Of a DNA stretch of 64,000 nt, positions 35,332-45,501 are shown piece after piece (positions within the stretch are counted from its first letter, which is position 1; every line of letters starts with the position of its first letter). This DNA comes from an uncultured bacterium (GTDB taxonomy: Bacteria > Oederibacteriota > Oederibacteriia > Oederibacteriales > Oederibacteriaceae). The stretch lies in the NCBI GenBank assembly GCA_965112635.1, contig OZ218778.1, positions 1,504,001 through 1,568,000 of the forward strand. Reading direction: 5' to 3'. The position numbers and the translations under genes were made by a program. The notes beneath the pieces are model-generated. The model saw nothing but the letters and a program-made list of their open reading frames with translations, did not search any database and had not been told where the DNA came from.

Positions 35332-36150
35332 TTGGCTGCCATTAAAAAAAAATCGACATTAAAAGTTCGTTCTCTCTTATCTAAAGAAGTGTGGTTTTCT
35401 TTGATGATCATTTCTTTGATCTTGTCGGTCTTGGTCGTGCCCATGAGGCAGGCTTTGCTGGTGATAGCGTTTCTTTGTGCGGTCGGCTATCTATGGCTCG
35501 AACGAAAGGCAGCGAAGATAAGGCAGAAGATCGAGCAATTCAGCGAAGAGTTAAATATGGTGAAAAGCTTTGAGGAGGGGAGTTTTTTTGACAAAGCCAA
35601 AGAGAGATATCAGAGATTATTGGGCAAATACAGGGAAATCCCGGAATTCACCCTGCTCGTCAAGGAATGTTTGAGAAGGCTTGAAATCAGCGAACATCTC
35701 AGCATCAGAAAGCCTATTCCTCGGAGTGAATATATTCTTTACAAACAGGCCGCCGCTGAAGGGAAAATGAGGTCCGAAAGGTCCAGAAAATTGACCGAAA
35801 CCGAGGACCGGAGAGACAGGCGTATTCATTCCAGGCTGTCTGTGGATATCAGGGTCGGCTCTGTTATGAGTATGGGTGATTCTTTGACAAAACACGAGGC
35901 AACTATAAAAAATATTAGCGTGGGCGGCGCGCTTGTGGAAAGCAGGCTGCGATTTAATCTGGGTGATACCATTATGCTCTCCAGTATCCCTATTCCCGAA
36001 GGGACTACTTTGCAGGATGTCGTGGCAAGAGTCGTCCGGGTGGTGGAGGGACATATCCATCAAGCCGGGCTGGAGTTCATGTACCTGGAACCCGTGGATA
36101 TAAAGAGAATAGAAGGCTACATCCAAAAAGCAGTCGGTCAAACGGATTAA
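35332..36150 (+). CDS. Membrane protein with C-terminal PilZ domain
   Basis: Two N-terminal TM helices; RRIHSR and NISVGG motifs; V.RVVRV...GLEF. Confidence 0.8.
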   Translation: MAAIKKKSTLKVRSLLSKEVWFSLMIISLILSVLVVPMRQALLVIAFLCAVGYLWLERKAAKIRQKIEQFSEELNMVKSFEEGSFFDKAKERYQRLLGKYREIPEFTLLVKECLRRLEISEHLSIRKPIPRSEYILYKQAAAEGKMRSERSRKLTETEDRRDRRIHSRLSVDIRVGSVMSMGDSLTKHEATIKNISVGGALVESRLRFNLGDTIMLSSIPIPEGTTLQDVVARVVRVVEGHIHQAGLEFMYLEPVDIKRIEGYIQKAVGQTD

Positions 36151-36213
36151 CCTGGATACGCGAACGGTTCAGCAAGGTTTGTCCTGCAGACAATATCATC
36201 TGATGAGTCAAGT

Positions 36214-36289
36214 GGCGGAGTAGCTCAATTGGTAGAGCAAGCGGTTCATACCCGCTATGTCGGGGGTTCGATTCCCTCCTCCGCTACCA
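36214..36289 (+). tRNA. tRNA-Met(CAT), elongator type
   Basis: GGCGGAG/CTCCGCT acceptor with paired position 1-72, arm AGCGG-ttCATac-CCGCT, TTCGA loop, CCA. Confidence 0.93.
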
Positions 36290-36410
36290 ATTTTATTTCT
36301 GTCCCATATTTTCCCTAGATAAACTCACTCCGCGGCAGATACGGCGTGGTTTTTACTTGAGGTCATAAAAAATCCCCTTTTGTTTCTAGGGTCAGTTAGA
36401 ATAGTTGATT

Positions 36411-37817
36411 ATGTTAGAGAATAAATTTCGACAGACTATCACAAGCCAGTCTTTTTTTAAAAAAGGTGAAAAGGTCCTGGTAGGTGTTTCCGGCGGTCCG
36501 GACTCCACAGCTTTGCTTCACCTTTTGTGCGGTTTAAAAAAAACATATCAGATGGAAATTTATGCCGCCCATTTGAACCATCAACTGCGCGGAAAAGAGT
36601 CCGACCGGGATTCTGCTTGGCTCAAAAAACTAAGCAGTTCCCTCAGGGTGCCTTTCTACACTAAAAAAATTGCAGTCAAAAGCCACGCTAAAAGGATGAA
36701 GTTATCTTTGGAAGAGAGTGGCAGGCTTTTAAGGTATGAATTTTTTAGAACAATTTGCCGTTCCTTAGGATGTCGTAAGATCGTCTTGGGTCATACTGCC
36801 GATGACCAGGTTGAAACCATGCTTTTGTTCCTTATCAGAGGTGCTGGCAAAAAAGGCATGGCCGCTATGTCAGAAATAGCCCCGCTTTCCCAGGATCCTT
36901 CTATCTCAATCGTACGGCCGTTTATTCAAATCTGGAAAAAAGAGATTTTGAGATACTTAAGGGCCAACCGATATAAATTCAGGACCGATAGAACAAATTT
37001 AAGTAACTTATTTTTAAGGAACCGGGTTCGCAATCAACTTCTTCCGTTTCTGTCTAAATTCAATCCCAAGGTCAAAGAGCGGCTTTTGAGTCTTTCGGGG
37101 ATTTTTGAATCTGACGAGAAATTGCTAAGGGAATTAGCCCTGCAATTCCTCAAAAGGGAGGCAGCTTTTTCCCCAAAAGGATTCATCATGCCCGCACGAG
37201 CATACAGGGCACTGCCGCTAGCCTTGCAGGCAAGAGTATTCCAGCAGATGGTTTTGCTGTTAAAAGGAGACCTTAAAAAGATTGGTTATAACCATTTTAA
37301 AAATATCCTTAAAATTGTGGGAGTTGAGGGAAGTGATGCCGCGGTAGCACTGCCAGACGAACTTGTTTTGAAAAAGAGCGGGGGGCAGTATTATCTGTCC
37401 AAAACAGCGAGCAAGGCAAGGCAAGATTTTCACTGTTCGTTAAAAGTTCCTGGCACAACTATTTGGGAACCAACAGGCCAGCGAATTCAAGCTACCTTTC
37501 GAGGACAAAAAGGGAACGGCAATAAAAAAAAGTTTTATCTGGAAAGGTTTGATACAAAAGAAATCAAAATGCCCCTGGAATTACGGTCCTGGAAACAGGG
37601 AGATAAAATACGACCTTTTGGCTTAGAAGGCCATCAAAAGATCCAGGATCTCTTGATGGACCACAAAATTGGACGCGAGCAGCGGCGGGTTTGGCCTATT
37701 TTGGTTGATGCAAATGGGGAAATACTTTGGGTAGTAGGATTGAGGAGGTCTGAGGCGGGCAGGGTAACCCAGAAAACAATGAAAATATTGAGTTTGTCGG
37801 TCCAAGGAAAACAATGA
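36411..37817 (+). CDS. tilS: tRNA(Ile)-lysidine synthetase
   Basis: VSGGPDS, HLNHQLRG, R..RY, GHTADDQVET, RNRVR, TilS-C domain. Confidence 0.95.
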   Translation: MLENKFRQTITSQSFFKKGEKVLVGVSGGPDSTALLHLLCGLKKTYQMEIYAAHLNHQLRGKESDRDSAWLKKLSSSLRVPFYTKKIAVKSHAKRMKLSLEESGRLLRYEFFRTICRSLGCRKIVLGHTADDQVETMLLFLIRGAGKKGMAAMSEIAPLSQDPSISIVRPFIQIWKKEILRYLRANRYKFRTDRTNLSNLFLRNRVRNQLLPFLSKFNPKVKERLLSLSGIFESDEKLLRELALQFLKREAAFSPKGFIMPARAYRALPLALQARVFQQMVLLLKGDLKKIGYNHFKNILKIVGVEGSDAAVALPDELVLKKSGGQYYLSKTASKARQDFHCSLKVPGTTIWEPTGQRIQATFRGQKGNGNKKKFYLERFDTKEIKMPLELRSWKQGDKIRPFGLEGHQKIQDLLMDHKIGREQRRVWPILVDANGEILWVVGLRRSEAGRVTQKTMKILSLSVQGKQ

Positions 37818-37918
37818 GTTTCCCCCAGGTGTTCTTTGTCTAGGTGAACATATCTTTTTATGATAATATCTTTTTTGTTTATTCACTCTAATTGTTTGGT
37901 GGTTCAGGAGGGAAAGCC

Positions 37919-39817
37919 GTGAAGGGCCAGTCGCGCACATTTGCCCTATGGTTGATGATCATCATTCTGGGGATTGTTCTGTATAGCCTTATTTACCCTA
38001 TAAACCAGGGGCCCAAATCCATTCTTTATAGCGAATTTATCAAGATGGCGGAGCAGGGCCAGGTGGAACACGCCACTATCATTGAGAAAAACATCGAGGT
38101 GGAATTCAAAGACCACACCAAGCCTAAAGTAAAGGTCTATGCCCCGGAAGACCCTGATCTCATCAAAATCCTCAGGCAAGCCAATGTCATGATCGAGGCC
38201 AAGGAACCCGTTCAGTCGTTCTGGCCCATGATATTGCAATTTATTATGTATGGTGTCCCCCTTTTTATAATAGTTTGGTGGTTTTTGATGATCCGACAAA
38301 TGCAAGGCGGGGGGGCCGGTGGCGCTCTATCGTTCGGCAAAAGCAAAGCCAAAATGTTCATTGGAGGGCCGTCCAAGATCACCTTTGTCGACGTGGCCGG
38401 AGTTGATGAGGCCAAGGAAGAATTAAAAGAAATCATTGATTTTTTGAAAGACCCGAAAAAATACCAGAGACTCGGCGGCAGGATCCCCAAAGGGGTCTTG
38501 CTGATCGGACCGACCGGCACCGGCAAAACTTTGCTGGCTAAAGCCGTGGCTGGAGAGGCCGGAGTCCCTTTTTTCTCGGTAAGCGGGTCGGATTTCGTGG
38601 AAATGTTCGTGGGAGTCGGCGCTTCCCGTGTCAGGGACCTTTTTGACCAGGGCAGGCGGAACGCGCCGTGCATCATTTTTGTCGATGAGATCGACGCGGT
38701 AGGAAGGCAGCGCGGGGCAGGATTGGGGGGAGGCCATGACGAGAGGGAACAGACCCTGAACCAGCTTTTGGTCGAAATAGACGGTTTTGACACCACTCCA
38801 GGGGTTATTTTGATCGCCTCCACCAACAGGCCGGATGTCTTGGACCCGGCTCTCCTGAGGCCAGGACGGTTCGACCGCCAGGTGGTCGTGGACCGACCCG
38901 ACCTTTTAGGCAGAGTGGCCATTTTAAAGGTCCATACCAGGAAGGTGATCCTGGTCCAAGAGGTTGACCTCCAGACCTTGGCCCGCAGGACGCCCGGGTT
39001 CTCAGGCGCTGACCTGGCCAACCTTGTCAATGAAGCGGCTTTGCTGGCGGCCCGGAGGGATAAAAAAGCTGTGGAGATGTCCGAGCTGGAAGAAGCCATT
39101 GACCGTGTCATGGCCGGGCCTGAGCGTAAAAGCAGGGTCATGAGCGAAAAGGAAAAAAAGACCATCGCCTTCCATGAATGCGGGCACGCCTTGGTCACCC
39201 ATTACACCGCCGGCACAAACCCAGTCCACAAGATCTCCATCATTCCCAGGGGTCATGCGGCTTTAGGGTATACCCTGCAGTTGCCCTTGGAGGACAGATT
39301 CATTGCGTTAAAATCAGAGATCCTTGGCGAGATCTGCGTTCTACTGGGCGGACGCGCAGCCGAAGAGATCGTTTTCAAGGAGATATCCACAGGCGCCCAT
39401 AACGACCTGGAAAGAGCGACCGAAACCGCGCATAAAATGGTCTGCGAGTACGGCATGAGCAAGAGGATCGGAACATTGACCTTGGGACGCAAAGAGGAGC
39501 AGGTCTTCTTGGGCCGGGACCTATTTAAGGAGAAAAACTACAGCGAAAAGACCGCGGAGAAGATAGACGAAGAGGTCAGTCTCATCATCAACCAGTGTTA
39601 CCAAAAGGCAAAAAATTTATTGAATAAGAACAAGAAAAAATTGAGCGCCTTGGCCAATGTCTTGCTGGAAAAAGAAATCCTGGACCGTACCGAGGTTGAG
39701 AAGATATTGGGGGTCAAAAAAACTGCCGATAGAAAAGAAGAGCCAGCGCGGAAAAATCCAGAACCTTTGTCCGGACCGGATCGTGGTGAGGGCAGTTCTG
39801 ACCCAAAGAAGGCCTAG
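37919..39817 (+). CDS. ftsH: ATP-dependent zinc metalloprotease FtsH
   Basis: Two TMs, [28 protein letters not shown]; GTG start after AGGAGG. Confidence 0.97.
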   Translation: MKGQSRTFALWLMIIILGIVLYSLIYPINQGPKSILYSEFIKMAEQGQVEHATIIEKNIEVEFKDHTKPKVKVYAPEDPDLIKILRQANVMIEAKEPVQSFWPMILQFIMYGVPLFIIVWWFLMIRQMQGGGAGGALSFGKSKAKMFIGGPSKITFVDVAGVDEAKEELKEIIDFLKDPKKYQRLGGRIPKGVLLIGPTGTGKTLLAKAVAGEAGVPFFSVSGSDFVEMFVGVGASRVRDLFDQGRRNAPCIIFVDEIDAVGRQRGAGLGGGHDEREQTLNQLLVEIDGFDTTPGVILIASTNRPDVLDPALLRPGRFDRQVVVDRPDLLGRVAILKVHTRKVILVQEVDLQTLARRTPGFSGADLANLVNEAALLAARRDKKAVEMSELEEAIDRVMAGPERKSRVMSEKEKKTIAFHECGHALVTHYTAGTNPVHKISIIPRGHAALGYTLQLPLEDRFIALKSEILGEICVLLGGRAAEEIVFKEISTGAHNDLERATETAHKMVCEYGMSKRIGTLTLGRKEEQVFLGRDLFKEKNYSEKTAEKIDEEVSLIINQCYQKAKNLLNKNKKKLSALANVLLEKEILDRTEVEKILGVKKTADRKEEPARKNPEPLSGPDRGEGSSDPKKA

Positions 39818-39902
39818 CTTCCCCTTGAGCACCCATGACTTCCATGCAGGGTTAACAGACCGCTAGTTTGAATCATAATGTTTTAAGGAGGCATCCGGAA
39901 CC

Positions 39903-40463
39903 ATGAATCTTAAAAAGATAGAAAAGGCTGTCAGGGAGATACTGATTGCCATTGGTGAAGACCCCAGCCGGGAAGGGTTGCGCTTCACTCCAAAAAGGGT
40001 CGCTAAAATGTACGCGGAGGTGTTCTCCGGCATTCGCAGGGACCCAAAGAAGGATATCGTCATTTTTACCTCCGAAGACCACGACGAGATCATCATCCTC
40101 AAGGATATTCCTTTTTATTCTTTCTGCGAACATCACCTGATACCCTTCAGCGGACGGGCCCATGTTGCCTATATCCCCCATAAACACAAAATATTGGGGT
40201 TGAGCAAGATAGCCAGGATCATAGACCTTTACGCCAAAAGGCCCCAGCTCCAGGAGAGATTGACCTCGCAGATCGCTGATTTTCTCATGAAACATGTGCA
40301 GGCCGAGGGCGTGCTTGTGATCATTGAAGCGGAGCACCTCTGCATGACCATGCGAGGCGTCAAAAAACCGGGTTCGCTCATGGTGACCTCGGCGGTGCGG
40401 GGGGCTTTTAGAAAAGATGCCACGAGGGCGGAAGCTTTAGCCTTGATCAAGGGAACAAGGTAA
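39903..40463 (+). CDS. folE: GTP cyclohydrolase I
   Basis: [30 protein letters not shown]. Confidence 0.97.
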   Translation: MNLKKIEKAVREILIAIGEDPSREGLRFTPKRVAKMYAEVFSGIRRDPKKDIVIFTSEDHDEIIILKDIPFYSFCEHHLIPFSGRAHVAYIPHKHKILGLSKIARIIDLYAKRPQLQERLTSQIADFLMKHVQAEGVLVIIEAEHLCMTMRGVKKPGSLMVTSAVRGAFRKDATRAEALALIKGTR

Positions 40464-40471
40464 TTAGGACC

Positions 40472-41701
40472 ATGGACCAGCAAAAACCACGCCTTTTAAG
40501 CTGCTACGACCAGCAGGAACTATTGGAACTGATGACCTGGATGGGCGTGGATAAACGGGGAGCGGCCCTGATGGTCCCCAAAGGCCACACCGAACTGGTC
40601 TGCTTTGACAGGGTCAAAAGCCAGACCGCCAACGTCCTCAAACAGGAAATGCTTTCTTTAGGCGGAGACGCTGCGATCCACAGGGGCGTGGTAACCTTCA
40701 AAGAACCTGAAACCGCCCTCCTCCTGATAGGCACTCCCAAACAATACCAGCGGCTTGGCCGCAAACTTCAGTACGATTATTTTAACCTGAGAAATATCGG
40801 GACCGAGCTTAAAGAACTTTTCGGACGCCTCCATAAGACACACCTGTCCCTGACCCTAAGGAAAAGAAATTACCCTCTCGGCAAGAAGACCTTAATCATG
40901 GGTATCCTGAACATCACCCAGGATTCATTTTACGACGGCGGGAGATATATAGACCTGGATAGGGCGCTGCAAAGAGCTTTGGACATGGTCAAGGAAGGCG
41001 CGGACATTATTGATGTTGGCGGTGAGTCTACCCGGCCAGGTTCCCTGCCTATAAGCGAAAAAGAAGAGTTGGCAAGGGTTTTGCCTTTCGTCAAAGCGTT
41101 GCGAAAAAAATGCCCGGTCCCCGTTTCCATTGATACGACCAAAGCCAGCGTGGCCCGGGCCTGTTTGAAAGCCGGAGCGGCTTTGATCAATGATACAAGC
41201 GCCCTTCAGGACGATTCCATGATGAAAAAGGTCGCCGCTTCCTTCAAGGTCCCGGTCGTTTTGATGCACCGGCAGGGAGTGCCGCGGACCATGCAAAAGA
41301 ACCCTGTTTATAAGTCCGTGGTAGGGGATATCATTCACTTCCTCCAGAATAGGGTCGAGGAGGCCAAGCTGGCAGGGATCCCCGAGTCTAGGATCATCGT
41401 CGACCCGGGCATCGGATTTGGTAAGACTTTTGAGCAGAACTTGATCATTCTCAAACATCTTGGCGATTTTAAGACCATGGGTCTGCCGATATTAATTGGG
41501 TCCTCCAGAAAAGCTTTTATTGGTCACACCCTGGGTTTGCCGGTGGAGGAGCGGTTGGAAGGGACAGCCGCGGCCGCGGCCGCGGCCATTTTGCAGGGGG
41601 CGCATATTCTCCGTGTCCACGACATCAAGGAGATCTCCAGGGTGGCCAGGGTCTGCGATGCTATCAAAAACGCCGGCCCCTTGGGAACCAGCGGGTTTTA
41701 A
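40472..41701 (+). CDS. folP: Dihydropteroate synthase with N-terminal extension
   Basis: MGILNIT.DSFYDGG, GGESTRPG, DPGIGFGK, SRK, RVHD. Confidence 0.95.
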   Translation: MDQQKPRLLSCYDQQELLELMTWMGVDKRGAALMVPKGHTELVCFDRVKSQTANVLKQEMLSLGGDAAIHRGVVTFKEPETALLLIGTPKQYQRLGRKLQYDYFNLRNIGTELKELFGRLHKTHLSLTLRKRNYPLGKKTLIMGILNITQDSFYDGGRYIDLDRALQRALDMVKEGADIIDVGGESTRPGSLPISEKEELARVLPFVKALRKKCPVPVSIDTTKASVARACLKAGAALINDTSALQDDSMMKKVAASFKVPVVLMHRQGVPRTMQKNPVYKSVVGDIIHFLQNRVEEAKLAGIPESRIIVDPGIGFGKTFEQNLIILKHLGDFKTMGLPILIGSSRKAFIGHTLGLPVEERLEGTAAAAAAAILQGAHILRVHDIKEISRVARVCDAIKNAGPLGTSGF

Positions 41702-41727
41702 AAACTTTTCACTAAAGAAGGGATGCG

Positions 41728-42441
41728 ATGGCCATACTTTCCGTCAATATCGACCATGTCGCCACTTTGAGGGAAGCCAGAAGAGTGGGTGATCCCGACC
41801 TGGTGAATGCCGCCCTGGTTTGCGAGAGAGCCGGGGCCAAGGGTATAACCGTGCATCTGCGCCAGGACCAAAGACATATCAAAGAAAGGGATATCCATCA
41901 ACTGAAGCAAAGGATTAGAACAAGGCTGGACATCGAGGTGTCGTGTGCGTCCCAGATGATCGCCAAAGTCGCGGCTGTGCGGCCTGACCTGGTCACCCTG
42001 GTTCCGGAAAGAGCGGAGGAGTTGACCACTGAGGGTGGGCTGGATGTTTTGCGCCGCGGCAAAGCGGTCCAAAAGGCCCTGGGGCTATTGCGGAAAAAGA
42101 AAATCAAAACAGCATTATTTATCGATCCTGACCTGACCCAGATAAAGCTGTCCGGCAAATTAGGTGCCGGAGTGGTGGAGATCAATACGGGCAAATACGC
42201 CGAGGCAGGAACCGCCAGGAAACGACGGGCGGAACTGGCCAAAATAAGGGCGGCCATACAGTTTTGCCATGCATTTGGGCTTCAGGTCAACGCCGGCCAT
42301 GGCTTGAACTACAAAAACATACAACCTGTTGCTAAAATAGAGGGGATTAAAGAATTCAACATAGGTTTTCATATCATTGCCAGATCAGTTTTGAAAGGTT
42401 TACCCAGGGCTGTGGCAGAAATGGCCCGGTTGGTCAGATAG
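41728..42441 (+). CDS. pdxJ: Pyridoxine 5'-phosphate synthase
   Basis: VNIDHVATLREAR, ITVHLRQDQRHI, TTEGGLD, AGHGL, NIG. Confidence 0.95.
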   Translation: MAILSVNIDHVATLREARRVGDPDLVNAALVCERAGAKGITVHLRQDQRHIKERDIHQLKQRIRTRLDIEVSCASQMIAKVAAVRPDLVTLVPERAEELTTEGGLDVLRRGKAVQKALGLLRKKKIKTALFIDPDLTQIKLSGKLGAGVVEINTGKYAEAGTARKRRAELAKIRAAIQFCHAFGLQVNAGHGLNYKNIQPVAKIEGIKEFNIGFHIIARSVLKGLPRAVAEMARLVR

Positions 42442-42457
42442 GTGAGGAGGAGGACCC

Positions 42458-42775
42458 CTGAAAAAACTTTTTGTTTTAGCCATCATTGCGGCCGTTAGCT
42501 GGGGTCTTTATTGGTTTTATCAAAATGCCAGTAAAGCACAGGATAACCCGGTCACCCATTACACTGGCAGCCTGCAAATCGCCGAACAAAAGGCCCAAAA
42601 AGTTGAATTGCAATCCAATTTGGCTATTTTAAAGGTCGCCATCAGCCAATATCAGAGTAGTCATGGTAAATTTCCCCCTACTTTGCAGGAGCTTGTTTCA
42701 GCCGGGTTTTTGGACAGACTACCTGACGGAGACTACTCCTACGATCCTGGAAATGGTGAGGTGACAGGGAAGTGA
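42458..42775 (+). CDS. 105-aa membrane-anchored protein with GspG/pseudopilin-like C-terminus; CTG start; absent from the ORF track
   Basis: GGAGGAGG RBS then CTG; (M)KKLFVLAIIAAVSWGLYWFY...NLAILKVAISQYQSSHGKFPPTLQELVSAGFLDRLP...YDP.NGEV; fills the pdxJ-acpS gap. Confidence 0.75.
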   Translation: MKKLFVLAIIAAVSWGLYWFYQNASKAQDNPVTHYTGSLQIAEQKAQKVELQSNLAILKVAISQYQSSHGKFPPTLQELVSAGFLDRLPDGDYSYDPGNGEVTGK

Positions 42776-42787
42776 GACGAGGTTAAA

Positions 42788-43159
42788 ATGGTGGATATCG
42801 GGGTAGATATAGTTGAGATCGACCGTATGAAACATGCCCATAAGCGGCAAGGCAAGAGGTTTTTAAACAGGCTGTTCACCGCAGGCGAGGTTAGTTATTG
42901 TTTTAAAAAGAAAAATGCCTACCCCCACCTGGCGGCCCGGTTCGCGGCCAAGGAGGCGGTTTTTAAGGCTTTAAATATTAAAAAGATGAGAGCCTTGCCC
43001 TGGAAAGAGATAGAAGTTGTGTCCCAAAAGACAGGCAAACCGCTCATCAAGCTTTTTGGCGCTTTGGCCAAGGAAGCCAAAGCAAAGAAATTCAATAAGA
43101 TCATGGTTTCCCTGTCCCATTCACGGCATTACGCGGTAGCGCAGATCGTGGTCGTTTAA
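42788..43159 (+). CDS. acpS: Holo-ACP synthase
   Basis: IGVDIVEI.R, AARFAAKEA..KA, GKP, SLSH...YAVA. Confidence 0.95.
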   Translation: MVDIGVDIVEIDRMKHAHKRQGKRFLNRLFTAGEVSYCFKKKNAYPHLAARFAAKEAVFKALNIKKMRALPWKEIEVVSQKTGKPLIKLFGALAKEAKAKKFNKIMVSLSHSRHYAVAQIVVV

Positions 43160-43198
43160 GGCGGATTAGAAAAAATATTTACTTGAGAGAGGAAATCG

Positions 43199-44755
43199 AT
43201 GAAGGTCGTCAGTGTTCAGGAAATGAAGGATATAGACCGCAGGGCCATTGAGGAATACGGCATTCCCTCCCTGGTTTTAATGGAGAACGCCGGTCTCAAC
43301 GTGGTGATGGCCATGGAAGAGGAATTCAAGATCCTGCACGCCAGGAAGATATGGGTCTTCGCCGGCAAGGGCAAGAACGGCGGGGACGGCCTGGTGGCCG
43401 CGCGCCATTTAGCCAACATGGGCAGCCAGGTCAAGGTCTATTTGCTGGCCAAAGCCAAGGATGTGAAAGGCGACACCAAGACCCAGCTGGAAATCGTTAA
43501 AAAGATGGGGATCAAGGTCCTCGAGCTGACGACCGCTGAGGACTTTGAGGCGGAAAAGGCGGAAATAGAAACAGGGGAAATATACATTGACGCCATCCTT
43601 GGCATAGGCCAGGTAGGACCTGTGGTGGATTTTCTGGCCGGCGTCATTGTTTTCCTGAATTATTTGAACAAACCCATCGTGGCCGTGGACCTTCCTTCAG
43701 GCTTGCAGGCTGACACGGGCAGGGTGGAGGGCGCCTGCATATCAGCCATGTTGACCGTGACTTTTGCCCTTCCCAAAATAGGTCTGGTCAACTATCCCGG
43801 CGCAAATTATGTTGGAAAGCTTATAGTTGCAGACATAGGAATTCCTTGGGGATTATTGCAAAGTGTTAAAATTATGATAGAGTTAATTACCAAATATCAG
43901 ATAATTCCTTTAATTCCGTTTAGAGACAGCAGTTACCACAAGGGTGCTTTTGGAAAAGTTTTAGTTATTGCGGGTTCCATGGGAATGGGAGGAGCCGCTG
44001 AGCTTGCCAGCAAAGCGGTTTTGAGGAGCGGGGCCGGATTAGCGGTCCTGGCCTGCCCCAAAAGCCTGGTACCTTGTTTTGAATCGAAATTAACAGAAGT
44101 CATTAAAAGACCGTTAGCGGAAACAAAAGACCAGAGTTTAGACAGCAAGGCCCTCGGACAAGCTTTGAAATTGAGCGAAACCGTGGACGCGGTGGCCCTG
44201 GGGCCGGGGTTGAGCCGGCATCCCAAAACCAGTGAATTTGTGGTCAAATTCCTGGGGAGAGTAGGGAAGCCGGTTGTGATCGACGCGGACGGCCTCAACG
44301 CCCTGGAAGGCCGGCCGGAAGTAATCAGGAAAATGAGGGTGCCTGTGGTGGTGACGCCCCACCCGGGCGAGATGGCCAGGCTGAAGGGCCTGACGATCAA
44401 AGAGGTCCAGAATAACAGGATAGCTGTGGCGGGGCAGTTCAGCGCCAAGAACAAGTGCGTCGTGGTTTTAAAGGGAGCGGCCACCGTGGTGGCCCATCCA
44501 GAAGGTCCTATAGGGATCAATTCTACGGGTAATTCAGGGATGGCCACGGCAGGCAGCGGGGATGTTTTGACGGGCATGATCGCCGCTTTTTTGGCCCAGG
44601 GCTTATCGGCGTGGGACGCCAGCCGGCTGGGAGTTTATTGGCACGGGCTGGCGGGAGACCTGGCCGCCAAGGCCAAAGGCGAACCGTCCATGGTCGCTTC
44701 GGATATTTTGGAAAATCTGGCTTCATCGTTTTTATCGCTGACCCAGGGAGGGTAG
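43199..44755 (+). CDS. nnr: Bifunctional NAD(P)HX epimerase/dehydratase
   Basis: LMENAG, GKGKNGGDG, DLPSG, HKG.FG, GPGL, DADGLN, TPHPGEM, GSGDVLTG. Confidence 0.95.
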   Translation: MKVVSVQEMKDIDRRAIEEYGIPSLVLMENAGLNVVMAMEEEFKILHARKIWVFAGKGKNGGDGLVAARHLANMGSQVKVYLLAKAKDVKGDTKTQLEIVKKMGIKVLELTTAEDFEAEKAEIETGEIYIDAILGIGQVGPVVDFLAGVIVFLNYLNKPIVAVDLPSGLQADTGRVEGACISAMLTVTFALPKIGLVNYPGANYVGKLIVADIGIPWGLLQSVKIMIELITKYQIIPLIPFRDSSYHKGAFGKVLVIAGSMGMGGAAELASKAVLRSGAGLAVLACPKSLVPCFESKLTEVIKRPLAETKDQSLDSKALGQALKLSETVDAVALGPGLSRHPKTSEFVVKFLGRVGKPVVIDADGLNALEGRPEVIRKMRVPVVVTPHPGEMARLKGLTIKEVQNNRIAVAGQFSAKNKCVVVLKGAATVVAHPEGPIGINSTGNSGMATAGSGDVLTGMIAAFLAQGLSAWDASRLGVYWHGLAGDLAAKAKGEPSMVASDILENLASSFLSLTQGG

Positions 44756-44761
44756 CAGGCT

Positions 44762-45496
44762 TTGATCAGTCATTATATGTTGATCGGTGTGTTCCTGGCG
44801 GTCCTGCCCATCAGTATAGGCTGGACCCTGATCAAAACATTGGAAAAGCTTTCGGAAAGAAAGCAGATCAGGAAGTGGGACAAGTTCTGGAAAAAGCGTT
44901 GGGAAGACGAGCATCAATACCCGTTTGTCTATTTCATCCGTGAAGTAAGGCTCAAACTCAAAGCCGCCACGCGGATCAGGAGATTGGTGGGTTTTTATAT
45001 CGCCATATTCTTCCTGGCAGGAGTGGCCCTGGTCGTCGACCATGTTTATTACATCCCGTTCCTTTCCAACAACCAGGTCCTGGCCATGGCCTGGCTTCTG
45101 CTCATCGTGCTGTTCGCCTATTTCATCCCGGCCTATGTTTATTACGAGATGGAAAAACACGTTTACAAAGAGATGATCTACCAGATCAACGGCATCCTGC
45201 ACAGGGAGAGGTACGAAGAGGTGGAGAGGATCAAGGCGGAATACGAGCTTAAAAAGGCCCGGGAAGCCCAGGGCTTCCTGGAACCCATGGAGCCTGAGCC
45301 TCTCGCGCCGCCCGTTCCTGCGTCTGTCCAGGCAGAGGCGCCCAAGCCGGAAGAGCCGCCCCAGATCCTTCCTCTTCTGGACGAGGAGACGCCCCCGCCG
45401 CCCAGCAACACCATCCTTGAAAAGGTCAGGGATATGGGCCCTGATGCCACGGCCCACGCCATCAAAGCCTTTCTTTCCCAGGACGCTAAAGCCTAG
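44762..45496 (+). CDS. Hypothetical 3-TM membrane protein with Pro/Glu-rich linker
   Basis: 244-aa ORF with host-like codon use, tightly packed in the operon. Confidence 0.7.
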   Translation: MISHYMLIGVFLAVLPISIGWTLIKTLEKLSERKQIRKWDKFWKKRWEDEHQYPFVYFIREVRLKLKAATRIRRLVGFYIAIFFLAGVALVVDHVYYIPFLSNNQVLAMAWLLLIVLFAYFIPAYVYYEMEKHVYKEMIYQINGILHRERYEEVERIKAEYELKKAREAQGFLEPMEPEPLAPPVPASVQAEAPKPEEPPQILPLLDEETPPPPSNTILEKVRDMGPDATAHAIKAFLSQDAKA

Positions 45497-45501
45497 TTTG
45501 A

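Noticed and set aside
28054-36213. Genomic island between tRNA-Glu and tRNA-Met
   Set aside because: Somewhat AT-richer, but there is no integrase or distal att copy, and the core gene tilS beyond it is similarly AT-rich.
36214-36289. CAT tRNA next to tilS as tRNA-Ile2
   Set aside because: Acceptor GGCGGAG and loop TTCATAC fit elongator Met better than Ile2; adjacency alone is not evidence. A tRNAscan-SE isotype model would settle it.
38506-38531. FtsH Walker A GPTGTGKT instead of GPPGTGKT
   Set aside because: Still fits GxxGxGKT; a tolerated substitution.
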